Origin: an uncultured Gammaproteobacteria bacterium
GTDB lineage: Bacteria > Patescibacteriota > Microgenomatia > CAYQLK01
DNA length: 64,000 nucleotides
NCBI GenBank assembly: GCA_964404855.1
Contig: CAYOLO010000001.1
Coordinates: 158,245-222,244 of the forward strand
Reading direction: 5' to 3'
Part shown: one piece after another, positions 1 to 10,207 of the stretch
Layout of the letters: every line of letters starts with the position of its first letter
Numbering within the stretch: position 1 is the stretch's first letter
Made by a program: the position numbers and the translations under genes
The notes under the pieces: generated by a model
What the model was told of the DNA's origin: nothing
Database searches by the model: none
Seen by the model: the letters and a program-made list of their open reading frames with translations, nothing else

Positions 1-2
1 CG

Positions 3-935
3 GTTGCCCAAAGTCCAGGAAGTGTTTATAACCCATTTTTTATATACGGAGGGGTCGGCGTAGGAAAAACACATTTAATGCAGGCTGTGGCTAATGGAAT
101 ACTAGAAAGGGATTCGAGTGTGCGGGTTATCTATACAACTTGCGAAAAATTTACAAATGAGTTTATTGAATCTATTTCTTCAAAGAATTCTAAAAACTTT
201 CGTGAGAAGTTTCGCAGGAACGACATACTTATGATTGATGATATTCAATTTTTAAGCGGGAAGGAATCCACACAAGAAGAGTTTTTTCACACCTTTAATG
301 AATTGTATGGAGGAGGAAAACAAATAATTATGACCTCTGATAGACACCCTTCGTCTTTGGGGAAAATAGAGGATAGATTGGTTTCAAGATTCTTGGGTGG
401 TCTCACGGTTGATATTGGCAATCCTGACTTTGAAATGCGGGTGGCAATAATTAACCAAAAGATTAAAGCCAAGAATTTAGATTTGACTCCAGAGATTGTG
501 GATATCATCGCATCAAAAGTGGATAAAAACACAAGAGAGCTAGAAGGTGTGTTGACAGGTATTATTTCATTAGCATCACTACGAGGCCAGGCGATTGATG
601 TGGATATCGTTAAAAAATTCTTTGGAATTCAAAGTGAAACAAGAAGAACTAAACCTATTACACCAAGAAGAGTAATTTCGGTTGTTGGTAACAAAACTAA
701 GGTTTCAACTGGCGATATTTTAGGTAAAAATAGACAAAAAGAACTAGTAACAGCCAGACAAATAGTCATGTATCTACTTCGGGAAGAATATAAATTTTCT
801 TTGGTTTCTATAGGGGATTCGTTGGGTGGAAGAGACCATACAACTGTAATGCATGGCGTTGAAAAGATTAAAACTGATATTAAAACCAATATTAATCTTC
901 GAGAGTTGGTGTTAGAAATAAATAATTCCTTATAA
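3..935 (+). CDS. dnaA: Chromosomal replication initiator DnaA (5' truncated by window edge)
   Basis: Frame open from base 3: YNPFFIYGGVGVGKTHL (Walker A), IDDIQFL, QEEFFHTFN, C-terminal GGRDHTTVMH DNA-binding domain. Confidence 0.98.
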   Translation, partial: VAQSPGSVYNPFFIYGGVGVGKTHLMQAVANGILERDSSVRVIYTTCEKFTNEFIESISSKNSKNFREKFRRNDILMIDDIQFLSGKESTQEEFFHTFNELYGGGKQIIMTSDRHPSSLGKIEDRLVSRFLGGLTVDIGNPDFEMRVAIINQKIKAKNLDLTPEIVDIIASKVDKNTRELEGVLTGIISLASLRGQAIDVDIVKKFFGIQSETRRTKPITPRRVISVVGNKTKVSTGDILGKNRQKELVTARQIVMYLLREEYKFSLVSIGDSLGGRDHTTVMHGVEKIKTDIKTNINLRELVLEINNSL

Positions 936-1180
936 GAGTTGTACACAACCAAGTATGTTTTATCCACAACTTTATCCACAAACAAAGAATATTTTTACAG
1001 ACAAAACAAACCCAAAAATGAACCTACTCTTATGGGTTATAATATGAAAATTGCTTATTCTAATAACGAAATGTTAATTCTCGACAATATTTTTGAGGCT
1101 AAGTCTGGCTTGGAATTACACATATCTACAGAGTATATTACTGTGATTACTTGTTTAAAATAAAAAAATAAATAAAAGAG
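936..1180. promoter_or_regulatory. Replication origin oriC
   Basis: dnaA-dnaN intergenic region; perfect DnaA boxes TTATCCACA at 960-968 and 972-980; degenerate boxes near 939 and 1112-1130; AT-rich. Confidence 0.85.
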
Positions 1181-2308
1181 ATGGCACAAACAAAAATCGG
1201 TTTTTCAGTTAAACAAGAAGAGTTTAATCAAGCTTTACAACTTGTTTTGAGAGCTGTTAGTTCAAAGATAACTTTGCCGATTCTTAGTAATTTTTTAATT
1301 GAGGTTGAGACAAATAAAATAATTGTTTCTTCAACTAACCTAGATGTTGCTATTTCTGTTTATTTACCAGCTACGAATACAGAACCAGGAAAAATTGCTG
1401 TTCCAGGTAAGATTCTTAATGATTTGGTTTCGACATTAAATCCTGGAGATTTAAGGTTAGAAGTAATTGATGGTGTTGGATCATTATCTTCTGGAAAATT
1501 TGCCGCTAAAATCAATACTGCTCCAGTTGATGATTACCCAGTCATACCATCTGAATCTGGTGAGGCTAGAGTCAGTATTCCAGCAAAAATATTATCTCTA
1601 GCAATTAATCGGGTCGAATTTGCGGCTGCTTTGGATGAGTCAAGGCCAATTCTGGCTGGGGTTTTGTTTGATTTAAACGAAAAAGGACTTGAGCTGGTGG
1701 CAACTGATGGTTACAGACTTTCTTATGCAAAATTTGAACGAGAATTTAAAACCCCAATAAAAATCGTTGTTCCAGCAAAAACCTTACAAGAGGTTTCTAA
1801 AATTGCGCCAATTGGAGACGAAATTGGAATTTGGTTATCAGAAAATGATAAGCAAGTCGTTTTTCGAACCGGAAACGTAAAAATAGTTTCGAGAATAATT
1901 GAGGGTGAATACCCAAATTGGAGAAAAATAGTTCCCGACAGTTTTAATACTAAAATGTTAATTAACAAAGATGAGTTTGCGAGAGCCTTAACTCAGGCTG
2001 CAGTTTTTGCGAAAGAATCAGGGAATGTGGTGAAGTTAAGTTTGGGAGAGGGATTAGGGTTGGTTGTATCATCGGTTTCTAGAGAGCTTGGCGAGGAAAA
2101 AAACGAAATTGAGGGAGAGATGGCAGGGCCATCTGGTGAGATAGCTTTTAATTGGAGATATTTGAATGATTTTTTGGGTGTGTGTGAGTCGGATAAATTT
2201 TATTTAGAAATGCTAGAAAGTTTAAAGCCTGGCAAGTTTACTTTGGAGAAGAACGAATCTGGGGTTGAGTTTATGCATATTATTATGCCTGTGAGGCTGC
2301 AAGAGTAA
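1181..2308 (+). CDS. dnaN: DNA polymerase III beta sliding clamp
   Basis: LPILSN, RPILAGV, VATDGYRL, C-terminal IMPVR; directly after dnaA. Confidence 0.97.
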   Translation: MAQTKIGFSVKQEEFNQALQLVLRAVSSKITLPILSNFLIEVETNKIIVSSTNLDVAISVYLPATNTEPGKIAVPGKILNDLVSTLNPGDLRLEVIDGVGSLSSGKFAAKINTAPVDDYPVIPSESGEARVSIPAKILSLAINRVEFAAALDESRPILAGVLFDLNEKGLELVATDGYRLSYAKFEREFKTPIKIVVPAKTLQEVSKIAPIGDEIGIWLSENDKQVVFRTGNVKIVSRIIEGEYPNWRKIVPDSFNTKMLINKDEFARALTQAAVFAKESGNVVKLSLGEGLGLVVSSVSRELGEEKNEIEGEMAGPSGEIAFNWRYLNDFLGVCESDKFYLEMLESLKPGKFTLEKNESGVEFMHIIMPVRLQE

Positions 2309-2338
2309 GGTTTTGTTTTACTAGCCAATTAAAGCTTT

Positions 2339-2647
2339 ATGGCGGGATTTGAAAAGGTTGATAGTCTAATTAGGCAGTTTAGGTTTAATAGTGTCGAAAA
2401 GCAGGCATTGGGGGCCCTACAAGTAGTTTCTAAGAGTCAATTAGTTGTAGACAAGTGGGCAAATAATAAATATAAGGGGATATTTAAAATTCGGGTTGTA
2501 TTATTCAAAGATAAGACGTTGACGCTTGGGGTGGAAAACGGTATGTATGCAGTTCTAGTACGAAAAGATATTAAAGGATTAAAAACCCAGATAAATAGAA
2601 TATTAGGTGTAGGTTTGGTTAAGGAAATTAGAGTTAGGGTTATTTGA
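2339..2647 (+). CDS. DciA/DUF721-like protein
   Basis: 102 aa basic protein with TLTLGVEN...INRILG...VKEIRVRV pattern; follows dnaN. Confidence 0.6.
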   Translation: MAGFEKVDSLIRQFRFNSVEKQALGALQVVSKSQLVVDKWANNKYKGIFKIRVVLFKDKTLTLGVENGMYAVLVRKDIKGLKTQINRILGVGLVKEIRVRVI

Positions 2648-2655
2648 GTTGGAAA

Positions 2656-3678
2656 TCAGTTAACTACAGCTTCGACTGCGAGTTGAATTAGGTACGATTG
2701 TCCATCGTTAGATAGTGCGTTACCTGTAAAGATATAAAAAGGGTAAATTGTTTCAGGATTTTTGGTGGTTGGGTGAAAATAGGCTATTTCTACAGAGTTG
2801 ATTGATATGGTTTTGTAATTAGTAACATAATAAGCCTCTTCATCGGTTTTTGTGCCTAATATTTTTTTGATTTGAGTGATTGTTGATTGGTTGTTTAATA
2901 GTTTATTGACTGCCTGTTGTGAAGAGATAAAAACGATTTTTTCTTTGGTTTGATAAGTGGGGTTAACCAAAGCAAAACTAGTAATATTTCCAGATGTGTC
3001 AAGGGAAATTGTGCCAACTGACAGGTTCGGAGTGCGGTCGGTGGATATAGGGATGTTGTTTATTTTATTTAGAATATAAAAAGTGACCGTGTCGGCAGAA
3101 TTATAGTCAGTAATTGGCTGATCGTTTTGGTTGGTTGATAAATAAAACTCAGGCTCAGAGAGTGTGTGGTTTGGGTTCGGTGAAAGAGTAGCAAGAGCGG
3201 TTTTTGCGTTATTTATAATATTTTCGATTGGTATTCTTTGGGGGGAAGAGATTTGGGGGCTGCGGTAAGTTATTGTTAAATCGTCAATTGTAAGTGTGCG
3301 GTTTTGATCAACAAAGACCTTTCTAGTGCCAAGGTCCGTTAATAACTCTCTAAAATTTTGCGAGTCAAAATTAAAAAAGCTAGATATTTTGCTTGTGTCT
3401 TGAGGGGTTTTTGTGATGTTAGCACTGAAAATATTTTCAGGTGCTACAAATGCTGAAATTTGTTCTCCAATTTGATATTTTTGCGGCTTGTTAGCGAAAG
3501 GATCATTGTCAGGTTGAGAATTTTTTGGGATAGATGTCTCTTGTGGTGTGATTGGCGGGGTTTCTTTTTGAGAAGGATTGAGAACTAGATACAGAAGAAT
3601 AAAAAGTAAAATAAAGCCAGCAAAAAAGAAGAATATCCAGTATTTTCCAAACTTGGTTTTAAGGTCTGTAAGTGTCAT
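2656..3678 (-). CDS. Membrane-anchored exported hypothetical protein (last gene of T4SS-like operon)
   Basis: Single N-terminal TM helix, Pro-rich linker, beta-rich extracellular part; starts 5 nt after the M23 gene stop. Confidence 0.7.
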   Translation of the reverse strand: MTLTDLKTKFGKYWIFFFFAGFILLFILLYLVLNPSQKETPPITPQETSIPKNSQPDNDPFANKPQKYQIGEQISAFVAPENIFSANITKTPQDTSKISSFFNFDSQNFRELLTDLGTRKVFVDQNRTLTIDDLTITYRSPQISSPQRIPIENIINNAKTALATLSPNPNHTLSEPEFYLSTNQNDQPITDYNSADTVTFYILNKINNIPISTDRTPNLSVGTISLDTSGNITSFALVNPTYQTKEKIVFISSQQAVNKLLNNQSTITQIKKILGTKTDEEAYYVTNYKTISINSVEIAYFHPTTKNPETIYPFYIFTGNALSNDGQSYLIQLAVEAVVN

Positions 3679-3683
3679 TGTTT

Positions 3684-6600
3684 TTAGTTTACTCCTGCAC
3701 AACTTCCTGCACAGGCACGAACATCGACTGGTATGTAGGGTGGCTCCATTCGAAGCCCGCGAAATTCATAGTGAAGGTGGGTGCCACGAATATCGGGAGG
3801 CAGAATATATCCAGTATATCCTTCGTAGCCGATTACTTGGCCTTTTGTAACAACTGTTCCCACTTCGATTCCGCTACCAAATGAGTCTAGATGGCCATAG
3901 ATAGCTTGAAACGCTACACCATTACAGGTGCCGCTGAGAATAACTGTCAGTCCGGTTCTACCTGTGATTGGGTGGCTGGCATTAGGATCGGAATATTTGT
4001 ATTGAACAATTCCGTTAAAACTAGCCAATAAACTGTCGGTGTAAAAAGTGCCAATGTCGATGGCTTCTAGTGATTGGTGCGAGATATTTGCCCCTGGACC
4101 TTGGGTGACACTGCCTGATCCGGCGACTGGCCAGCCGGATGGACAATCTCCAGCGGGAGTGCCAATAAACACACTTGAAAGGTCGTTGGCTGTAGAAGAT
4201 ACTGAGTTACTAAACCCTCCGCTTGGGAGTGGAGATGGAGTTATTAGTGGGTCGAAGGATTTAAAATTTATAGAGAATTTATTACTAATGCTGGAGTCCT
4301 CGAAGATGGTTTCGTTGGGAATATTTAGACTGTAGTTAATATTGGTTGACTGATTAGGGTTTAGTGTGGCTGGACAAGTAATAGTTGGTGGTGTAAGCGA
4401 GCGGACTGTGCCGTTTTTGGTGGTGTGGGTGATTGTGTCTGAACAAACTATGTCGTAAACGGGTTGGTTGCCGGCGGTAATACTCACAGAATAGGTAATT
4501 GTTTGTGGAAGGTCAGAGTTTTCTAAATTAATGGTTTTGGCTGGTCCGAGTGATTTATTAGGAGCACTGACCAGTTTTTGGATTTGAATATAGGCGTTGC
4601 CAGATTCGCCTTCGGTGGCATCGCCAGGTAAGACAATTTGCTCTGGAAGGCTGGGGTTGGTAAATAATGCTGAGGAAACCGTGTTGTAGCTTAGTACCGA
4701 AAAAGCTGTGACCCCCCCGAGCGTAGCAGCGGGAATAAGAACCGCAGGACTAGTTGCAACTGTGACGGCAGTACTGGCACCACTACTTAATAATCCTCCA
4801 AGGCTGGATAGTCCTCCACCAATAAGACCAACGGCGCCACTGCCTACCCCACCTAAAAACGAGGCAGTTGCACTTAAAGCACCCCAAGCAGAGGCGATCC
4901 AACCGATTGGTGCGGTAACTACTCCCCATAATTTGGGTAAACTAAGGAGTACGTTGTCGACGAATGCTGCGTAAGGCGGAAAATGACTATATAGCCAAAC
5001 TGAAGCTGTGCCTCCCAAAAAACCACCAATTAGGGCGCCGATTGGTCCTCCAAGCATAAAACCAATTGCTGCACCAACCGCAAAACCGATGATAAATGCA
5101 GCAATTTGGGTTAGTAGCCAAAGGAACAATAAATAAGCCAAAAATGCGAGCATGGCGGCAATATAGGCAATTTTTTTCTTGTATTTGAGTATTAAAGCTA
5201 GGGCAATTTGTGCAACTAATGATGTGCCGCCTGTGGCTGCACCAAGTGCAGCGGAAAGTCCAACTTTGGCTGCGACTTTACCTGCACCTTTTTTAGCAAA
5301 ACCTTTGAGTTTACCTTTGGCGCGACTAGCGGAGAATTTTTGTGAAAAATTAAAATATGATTTTTTGGGAATGAAATTAGTTGATCTAGTGATAGTTTGT
5401 CCGGCAGAACTTTGTGAGTAGTAAGATCTTGAAAAACCACCCATTCTCCAGACTGAGCGCTTGTTTGGATTTTGAAACTGAGGAATTTGTTCGTAAAGTT
5501 CTAATTCATCAGAGTAGTTTTTGAGAAGAATTGCTTCGCCAGCTGAAACAGAGCCTCTGCCTTTTAGTTCTTTGGTGCTACGGCTAAGAAAAGACTGTCT
5601 TTGGGGTGAGGGTTGAAGAGTTTCGGTTAAAAAATCCTCATACCCTTCCTTTTGTCTCTTGGGGTTTTCCATTAGTGATGCAAAAGCGTGATTTTGCGCT
5701 GCTTCAGCTTCAGCTGGTGCAACCGCTTGTTGGCCTTGAGCATAGATATTGATAGGTTGGAGGATTTCTCTACTTATGGTGTCTGTAACAAAACGGGGAG
5801 CGGCTTGGGTTAGAAGAGTTTTGTCTTCAAGTTTGCCGTCTAGGTGTTTAAGTAGGGAGTTAAAACTTTGTTCTTGAGCATCGTTTAGATTTTGAAGAAA
5901 CCTTTCTGGTTGGAGTGGAATATTTTTTTCAAAATCATCTGTAGTTGTGTCAAGAACCCTTTGAGCAATATTGGGCAAAAAAACTTGCTGGATTGCCGCA
6001 GAAACAACAAGTTTGTTTTGGGAAGTGTTGGTGCTGGGGTTGATTTTTAAGGCAGTACTAACCGCGTTGTCGATAATTTCTGTGTGGGTGGTTGGTGCTG
6101 ATTTAGGATCGGTTAGGGTATTAATTAATAAAACTTGTGAGGCAACATTTGCTTGTGAGATTGCTGGGAAGTTGGCCTCTGAAGATTGGTCAACAGCCAC
6201 TAAAAACTCTTCAGACTTAACAAGGTTGCTCGCTTGTTTGGCTGTCTCTGGTTCTTTGGCTACTGCCTCATAAATTTCTGATGCAATGACTGGTGACAAT
6301 TCTTGATAATCTGCGGTGTGGGTAGAATAAACAATATTAGAAGCAACCGCATCTGATATTTTACCTACAAGTCTTTCTTGGTTGGCGGCATCTATTTTGG
6401 TTTTAAAAATTGTGGCGGAAATTTCTGGTGAGAGAATTATTTGTTTAATCGAGGTAGCGACTTCTTTGTGGGTGAGATTAACTGTGTCTTCTAGTTTTTT
6501 AACAGTAGCTGCTTTTTTTGTTTTAGCTTCGTTTGAATATGGTTTTTCTATTGTTGAACTTGAGGAGGGAGAAACTGGAAGTGTGATTGTTGGTTGCGGG

Positions 6601-7181
6601 GATTTTGAGGTTGGGGTGATGGGTTGCTGTATTGGTTGAGGAGAACTTGGCAGATTAAGGCTGGCTTCTGGTTCGGTTTGGGAGGGAGTATTGATTTTAA
6701 TGGTTTTTGGTAACTCTATTGCAGGAGGAAGATTTTCGGCGGCTTTTTCCTGACGAATTTTTTGTATTACAGCGTCAACTTCTTCGATTGTGGCGAGGCC
6801 GCTTGTAGGTAATTTGGCTTGGTCTTTGTTAGTTTTGGAAATAATTGGTATGGCGGCCAAATTTGAGATTTCGAGTTCTTTGAGATCATTTTCAATAAGT
6901 GAGGAAAAAATTTGTCTAAGAACAAGAATGTTTTGACCAATATCGGCAATTTTGTATTGGTCGGCAATATTTTGAATTGAAATTAATGTTTGTTCGTAGT
7001 TGGCACCTGGAAAGAGGTCTAAAAATTTTTTATTGAACTCCTCTTCGGTTGGGAATCTTGGGGGAAGGTTTTTGGTAGCAGATTTTTCAAAAAAATCTAA
7101 AGTCCAGTCTGCCAACCGAAACTGTAGTAATTGATCTAAAGCATTTTGGGGTTTGGTGGTTGTTTCGGGTGTAGTTGGCAT
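3684..7181 (-). CDS. Large membrane protein with C-terminal M23 metallopeptidase domain
   Basis: C-terminal H..AIDI, YGHL, GQVIGYEGYTG, THLHYE motifs; long central Gly/Ala-rich hydrophobic segment. Confidence 0.8.
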   Translation of the reverse strand: MPTTPETTTKPQNALDQLLQFRLADWTLDFFEKSATKNLPPRFPTEEEFNKKFLDLFPGANYEQTLISIQNIADQYKIADIGQNILVLRQIFSSLIENDLKELEISNLAAIPIISKTNKDQAKLPTSGLATIEEVDAVIQKIRQEKAAENLPPAIELPKTIKINTPSQTEPEASLNLPSSPQPIQQPITPTSKSPQPTITLPVSPSSSSTIEKPYSNEAKTKKAATVKKLEDTVNLTHKEVATSIKQIILSPEISATIFKTKIDAANQERLVGKISDAVASNIVYSTHTADYQELSPVIASEIYEAVAKEPETAKQASNLVKSEEFLVAVDQSSEANFPAISQANVASQVLLINTLTDPKSAPTTHTEIIDNAVSTALKINPSTNTSQNKLVVSAAIQQVFLPNIAQRVLDTTTDDFEKNIPLQPERFLQNLNDAQEQSFNSLLKHLDGKLEDKTLLTQAAPRFVTDTISREILQPINIYAQGQQAVAPAEAEAAQNHAFASLMENPKRQKEGYEDFLTETLQPSPQRQSFLSRSTKELKGRGSVSAGEAILLKNYSDELELYEQIPQFQNPNKRSVWRMGGFSRSYYSQSSAGQTITRSTNFIPKKSYFNFSQKFSASRAKGKLKGFAKKGAGKVAAKVGLSAALGAATGGTSLVAQIALALILKYKKKIAYIAAMLAFLAYLLFLWLLTQIAAFIIGFAVGAAIGFMLGGPIGALIGGFLGGTASVWLYSHFPPYAAFVDNVLLSLPKLWGVVTAPIGWIASAWGALSATASFLGGVGSGAVGLIGGGLSSLGGLLSSGASTAVTVATSPAVLIPAATLGGVTAFSVLSYNTVSSALFTNPSLPEQIVLPGDATEGESGNAYIQIQKLVSAPNKSLGPAKTINLENSDLPQTITYSVSITAGNQPVYDIVCSDTITHTTKNGTVRSLTPPTITCPATLNPNQSTNINYSLNIPNETIFEDSSISNKFSINFKSFDPLITPSPLPSGGFSNSVSSTANDLSSVFIGTPAGDCPSGWPVAGSGSVTQGPGANISHQSLEAIDIGTFYTDSLLASFNGIVQYKYSDPNASHPITGRTGLTVILSGTCNGVAFQAIYGHLDSFGSGIEVGTVVTKGQVIGYEGYTGYILPPDIRGTHLHYEFRGLRMEPPYIPVDVRACAGSCAGVN

Positions 7182-7243
7182 GTTACTTAGCTAATCATAA
7201 TTCTTATAGTGCTAAATGAGCCATTGTGGAGCACTTTTTTGGT

Positions 7244-9106
7244 TTAAATGATTTCTTGCGAAGCAGATGAAAGTGGCACGTTTGAGGTGTTAGAATCTTG
7301 GTTTTGGGCAGCAGCAGCATTTTGCATTTCTAAAACCTCCTTAGGATTACTGGTGACAAGTTGATGTTCTTCTGGTGAGCCAACCACAAGCATTGCCACG
7401 TGTGAACTTCCTGCAAAAAACAACCCCTCACCGACATTTGCAGCTAGAAGTAAGTGTTTTTCTCCATCTGAGAGATAAAATACCTCGGCAAGCTTGTCGA
7501 TAGCTGCTGCAGACTGTTTAAGGAGGATTTGAATACTTGAGTTGGTCACGATAGCCTTGCCATATTCTGTGCCCAAGAAGTCCTCGACATCCTGAGTAAT
7601 CGTGGTTAATCCTAGATAATATTTACGAGCACGTTTGGCGATTGAGTACATAAACGTAGCAGAATCAGGATATTGCATCATATACCAAGCCTCATCGACT
7701 ATAAGTATGCGCTTTTTGAGGTCTCTTTTAACACGAGTCCATATAAAGTCGAGAATAATATACATAGCTATTGGGCGCAGTTCGGCTTCAAGGTTTTTGA
7801 TACTAAAAACTGTAAATGTGTTGTGAATATCTAGATTGGAGTATTGGTCGAATATTCCAACTAAAGAACCTTTGACAAACTTTTCGATTCTTTCAGCAAG
7901 GGTTTTGGCTTGAGGTTCTTCCATGCCAATTAAAGCCTTATATAAATCTTCCATTAATGGTGGTTGAAGTGTTTGGGTTTGTGGATCGGCAGTAATGCCC
8001 TTATTTTTGTAAGCAAGTACTAAAGCACGGTCGAGAATTGCATCTTCTGTGGCGGAAAGTTGTCCCATAATGACTCTGAAAAGTCCGTGAAGCGAGAGGA
8101 TTTTGAGATTTAACTCGTTTTCTCCTTCTTCATAGACACCAGAAAGATCGAAAGGGTTAATTTTTGTTTCTGAGTTGAAGTCGAAGCTAATATATTCTCC
8201 ACCTATGGCGGTACAGAGATTTTTGTACTCTTCTTCTGGATCAATAATAATAACTTCGGTGCCAAACATTAGATATCTTAGGGCTTCAAGCTTGGTCATA
8301 TAGGATTTACCGCCTCCGGACTTAGCAAAAACGACGGTATTGGCATTTTCGAGTGAAAATCTGTCAAAGATGATTAGTGATCCGTTGTGTCTATTAATGC
8401 CATACATAATTCCCTCGTTGCTGGTTAAGGAGCTTGATGTGAAAGGAAAAGTTGTGGCTAAAGACGTAGTATCCATGTTTCTGGTAACGAGAAGCTTGTC
8501 GTGGCCGTATGGGAGAGTGGTTTTGAAACCGTCTTCTTGTTGAAGAGTGGCGTGTTTAGAAATAACTAGAATGGAACCAAGCAGACTTTCAACTTGTTTG
8601 GTGATATTGACTAGCTCCTCTTTTGATTCGGCAGGAATAGTGATATAGAGCCCGAACTGAAAAAACTTTTCGGCACCTTTGGCTAGATCTTGTTGAAAGT
8701 TGCGTGCGTCATCTAGGGTAACTTCAAGACTAGGATCAATAACTTTGCCGCGTTGAATATCGGTAGAAATAGTTGCCTCCATTTCTCCAATTTTGCGTTT
8801 CATGTCTTGAAGCACTGCTTGAGCGTCAACTGGATAATGGAACATTGAGATTTCGAGCGTGTGATTAAAATTAATAAGAGGTGAAAGCCAGTTGGCTCCG
8901 ACATACCTGGGGTAGCCAATTACAAAAAGTGTTTTAAAGTAAGTCTCGCCGATTTTTATAAAATCGAAATCGACCTCAATTGCTGGAGGGGCAATGATAT
9001 CTCTAACCGAAACTGTGCCTTGGGCCACTGCTTTGGCTTGAGCAGATACGAGCTGTGGAGCGTTTTGAGGGCTTTGATTAGGGTCTTTTTTGCCAAATAG
9101 TTTCAT
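7244..9106 (-). CDS. virB4: VirB4-family type IV secretion ATPase
   Basis: Walker A AKSGGGKS, IIDPEEEY, INPFD, Walker B ILIVDEAW, RARKY, TQDVEDF. Confidence 0.92.
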   Translation of the reverse strand: MKLFGKKDPNQSPQNAPQLVSAQAKAVAQGTVSVRDIIAPPAIEVDFDFIKIGETYFKTLFVIGYPRYVGANWLSPLINFNHTLEISMFHYPVDAQAVLQDMKRKIGEMEATISTDIQRGKVIDPSLEVTLDDARNFQQDLAKGAEKFFQFGLYITIPAESKEELVNITKQVESLLGSILVISKHATLQQEDGFKTTLPYGHDKLLVTRNMDTTSLATTFPFTSSSLTSNEGIMYGINRHNGSLIIFDRFSLENANTVVFAKSGGGKSYMTKLEALRYLMFGTEVIIIDPEEEYKNLCTAIGGEYISFDFNSETKINPFDLSGVYEEGENELNLKILSLHGLFRVIMGQLSATEDAILDRALVLAYKNKGITADPQTQTLQPPLMEDLYKALIGMEEPQAKTLAERIEKFVKGSLVGIFDQYSNLDIHNTFTVFSIKNLEAELRPIAMYIILDFIWTRVKRDLKKRILIVDEAWYMMQYPDSATFMYSIAKRARKYYLGLTTITQDVEDFLGTEYGKAIVTNSSIQILLKQSAAAIDKLAEVFYLSDGEKHLLLAANVGEGLFFAGSSHVAMLVVGSPEEHQLVTSNPKEVLEMQNAAAAQNQDSNTSNVPLSSASQEII

Positions 9107-10206
9107 GATTGTCCTCCGTTTCCTGATGGTGATTTTAGGGCATTTAGAGCCTTTAAGATATCTGGATCAATAGTATTACTGTTGGTTAAGTCGTCACTGC
9201 TGTTCGGTTGTGGTGCCATTGTTGTTGGTTGAGGTTGGGGTGTGTTAATTACCGATGGAATAGTGGGAATTTGTGAGGCTGGTTCTGGAATAGGAGAGGT
9301 TTGGGGGGTAACCACAGATGCCGCTGTTTGATTGAGAGGATTGGCAGCTATGGGGGGTGCTTGAACCGCAGGGTTAGGGGCGTAGATGGTTTGTTGTGGT
9401 CCAGCGGGTGGAGCAGGTTGAGGCTGTGGGGTATATAAGGGTTGGGTTTGGGCAGTTTGAGGCTCGACAGGCTGTGGTTCTGGTTGAACTGGAGAGGCAA
9501 TTGAGGTTGTTGCTTGGTTTTCTTCAACAATCGGAGCTGAGACTGCTGGCGAAACGATGGGTGATGTGTATGAGCCTGCTGATTCAATTATTTTTTGCAA
9601 TCCAACCTCACTAGGGTTGTAGATGTCAAAATAAAGCTCGATTAGTTCTTGTGTGGTCAATTGTTTTGATTTGATACCAATACGGCCGAATTGTTGAACA
9701 AGATGGTCACGTTTGGGGTAGAGACTTGTTTTGACCATGTCAATAAAACCTTGAGTGTGGGTATTGTCCTTTTGAATATTGCCAAGGGCGGCACCTTTGA
9801 CACCCAACTCGAGCGGATTAAATGGAATAACCACGTAGAATTTTTTTTCTAGAACGTTGTTTTGTTGAACAACGGTTTGAATAAATTGTCGATATTGAAA
9901 AATCTGCCTTTTGATGTCCGGGTTGGCTTGATGGGTTTCTGCTTGAGTGATTAATTGCAGGTAGTTACTGAGGTCAATTTTTTTACTACGAACAACGATT
10001 TGAATAGTGAAATTTAAGGAGTTGAGAAGTCCAGCGTACGAGTAAATAATTGAGTCCTGTTCGTCGACAGAGAGAAGTTCGAAATTAATAGCGGCAGTTT
10101 GAATAATAATCGTGGCCGAATTGTCTTTGAGGATTACAACATCATCACGGATATCGCTGATTTCTAGGTGTTCTTGAGTTGATGATTTAATCGGGGCAGA
10201 TTTCAT
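9103..10206 (-). CDS. VirB4-associated (TraC/VirB4 N-terminal-like) protein with Pro/Gln-rich tail
   Basis: STQEHLEI.DIRDDVVILK, INFELLS..EQD..I..Y..LLNSL; 4-nt overlap with virB4. Confidence 0.7.
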   Translation of the reverse strand: MKSAPIKSSTQEHLEISDIRDDVVILKDNSATIIIQTAAINFELLSVDEQDSIIYSYAGLLNSLNFTIQIVVRSKKIDLSNYLQLITQAETHQANPDIKRQIFQYRQFIQTVVQQNNVLEKKFYVVIPFNPLELGVKGAALGNIQKDNTHTQGFIDMVKTSLYPKRDHLVQQFGRIGIKSKQLTTQELIELYFDIYNPSEVGLQKIIESAGSYTSPIVSPAVSAPIVEENQATTSIASPVQPEPQPVEPQTAQTQPLYTPQPQPAPPAGPQQTIYAPNPAVQAPPIAANPLNQTAASVVTPQTSPIPEPASQIPTIPSVINTPQPQPTTMAPQPNSSDDLTNSNTIDPDILKALNALKSPSGNGGQS

Positions 10207-10207
10207 C

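Noticed and set aside
939-1163. 74-aa ORF between dnaA and dnaN
   Set aside because: Overlaps DnaA boxes; region is best explained as oriC
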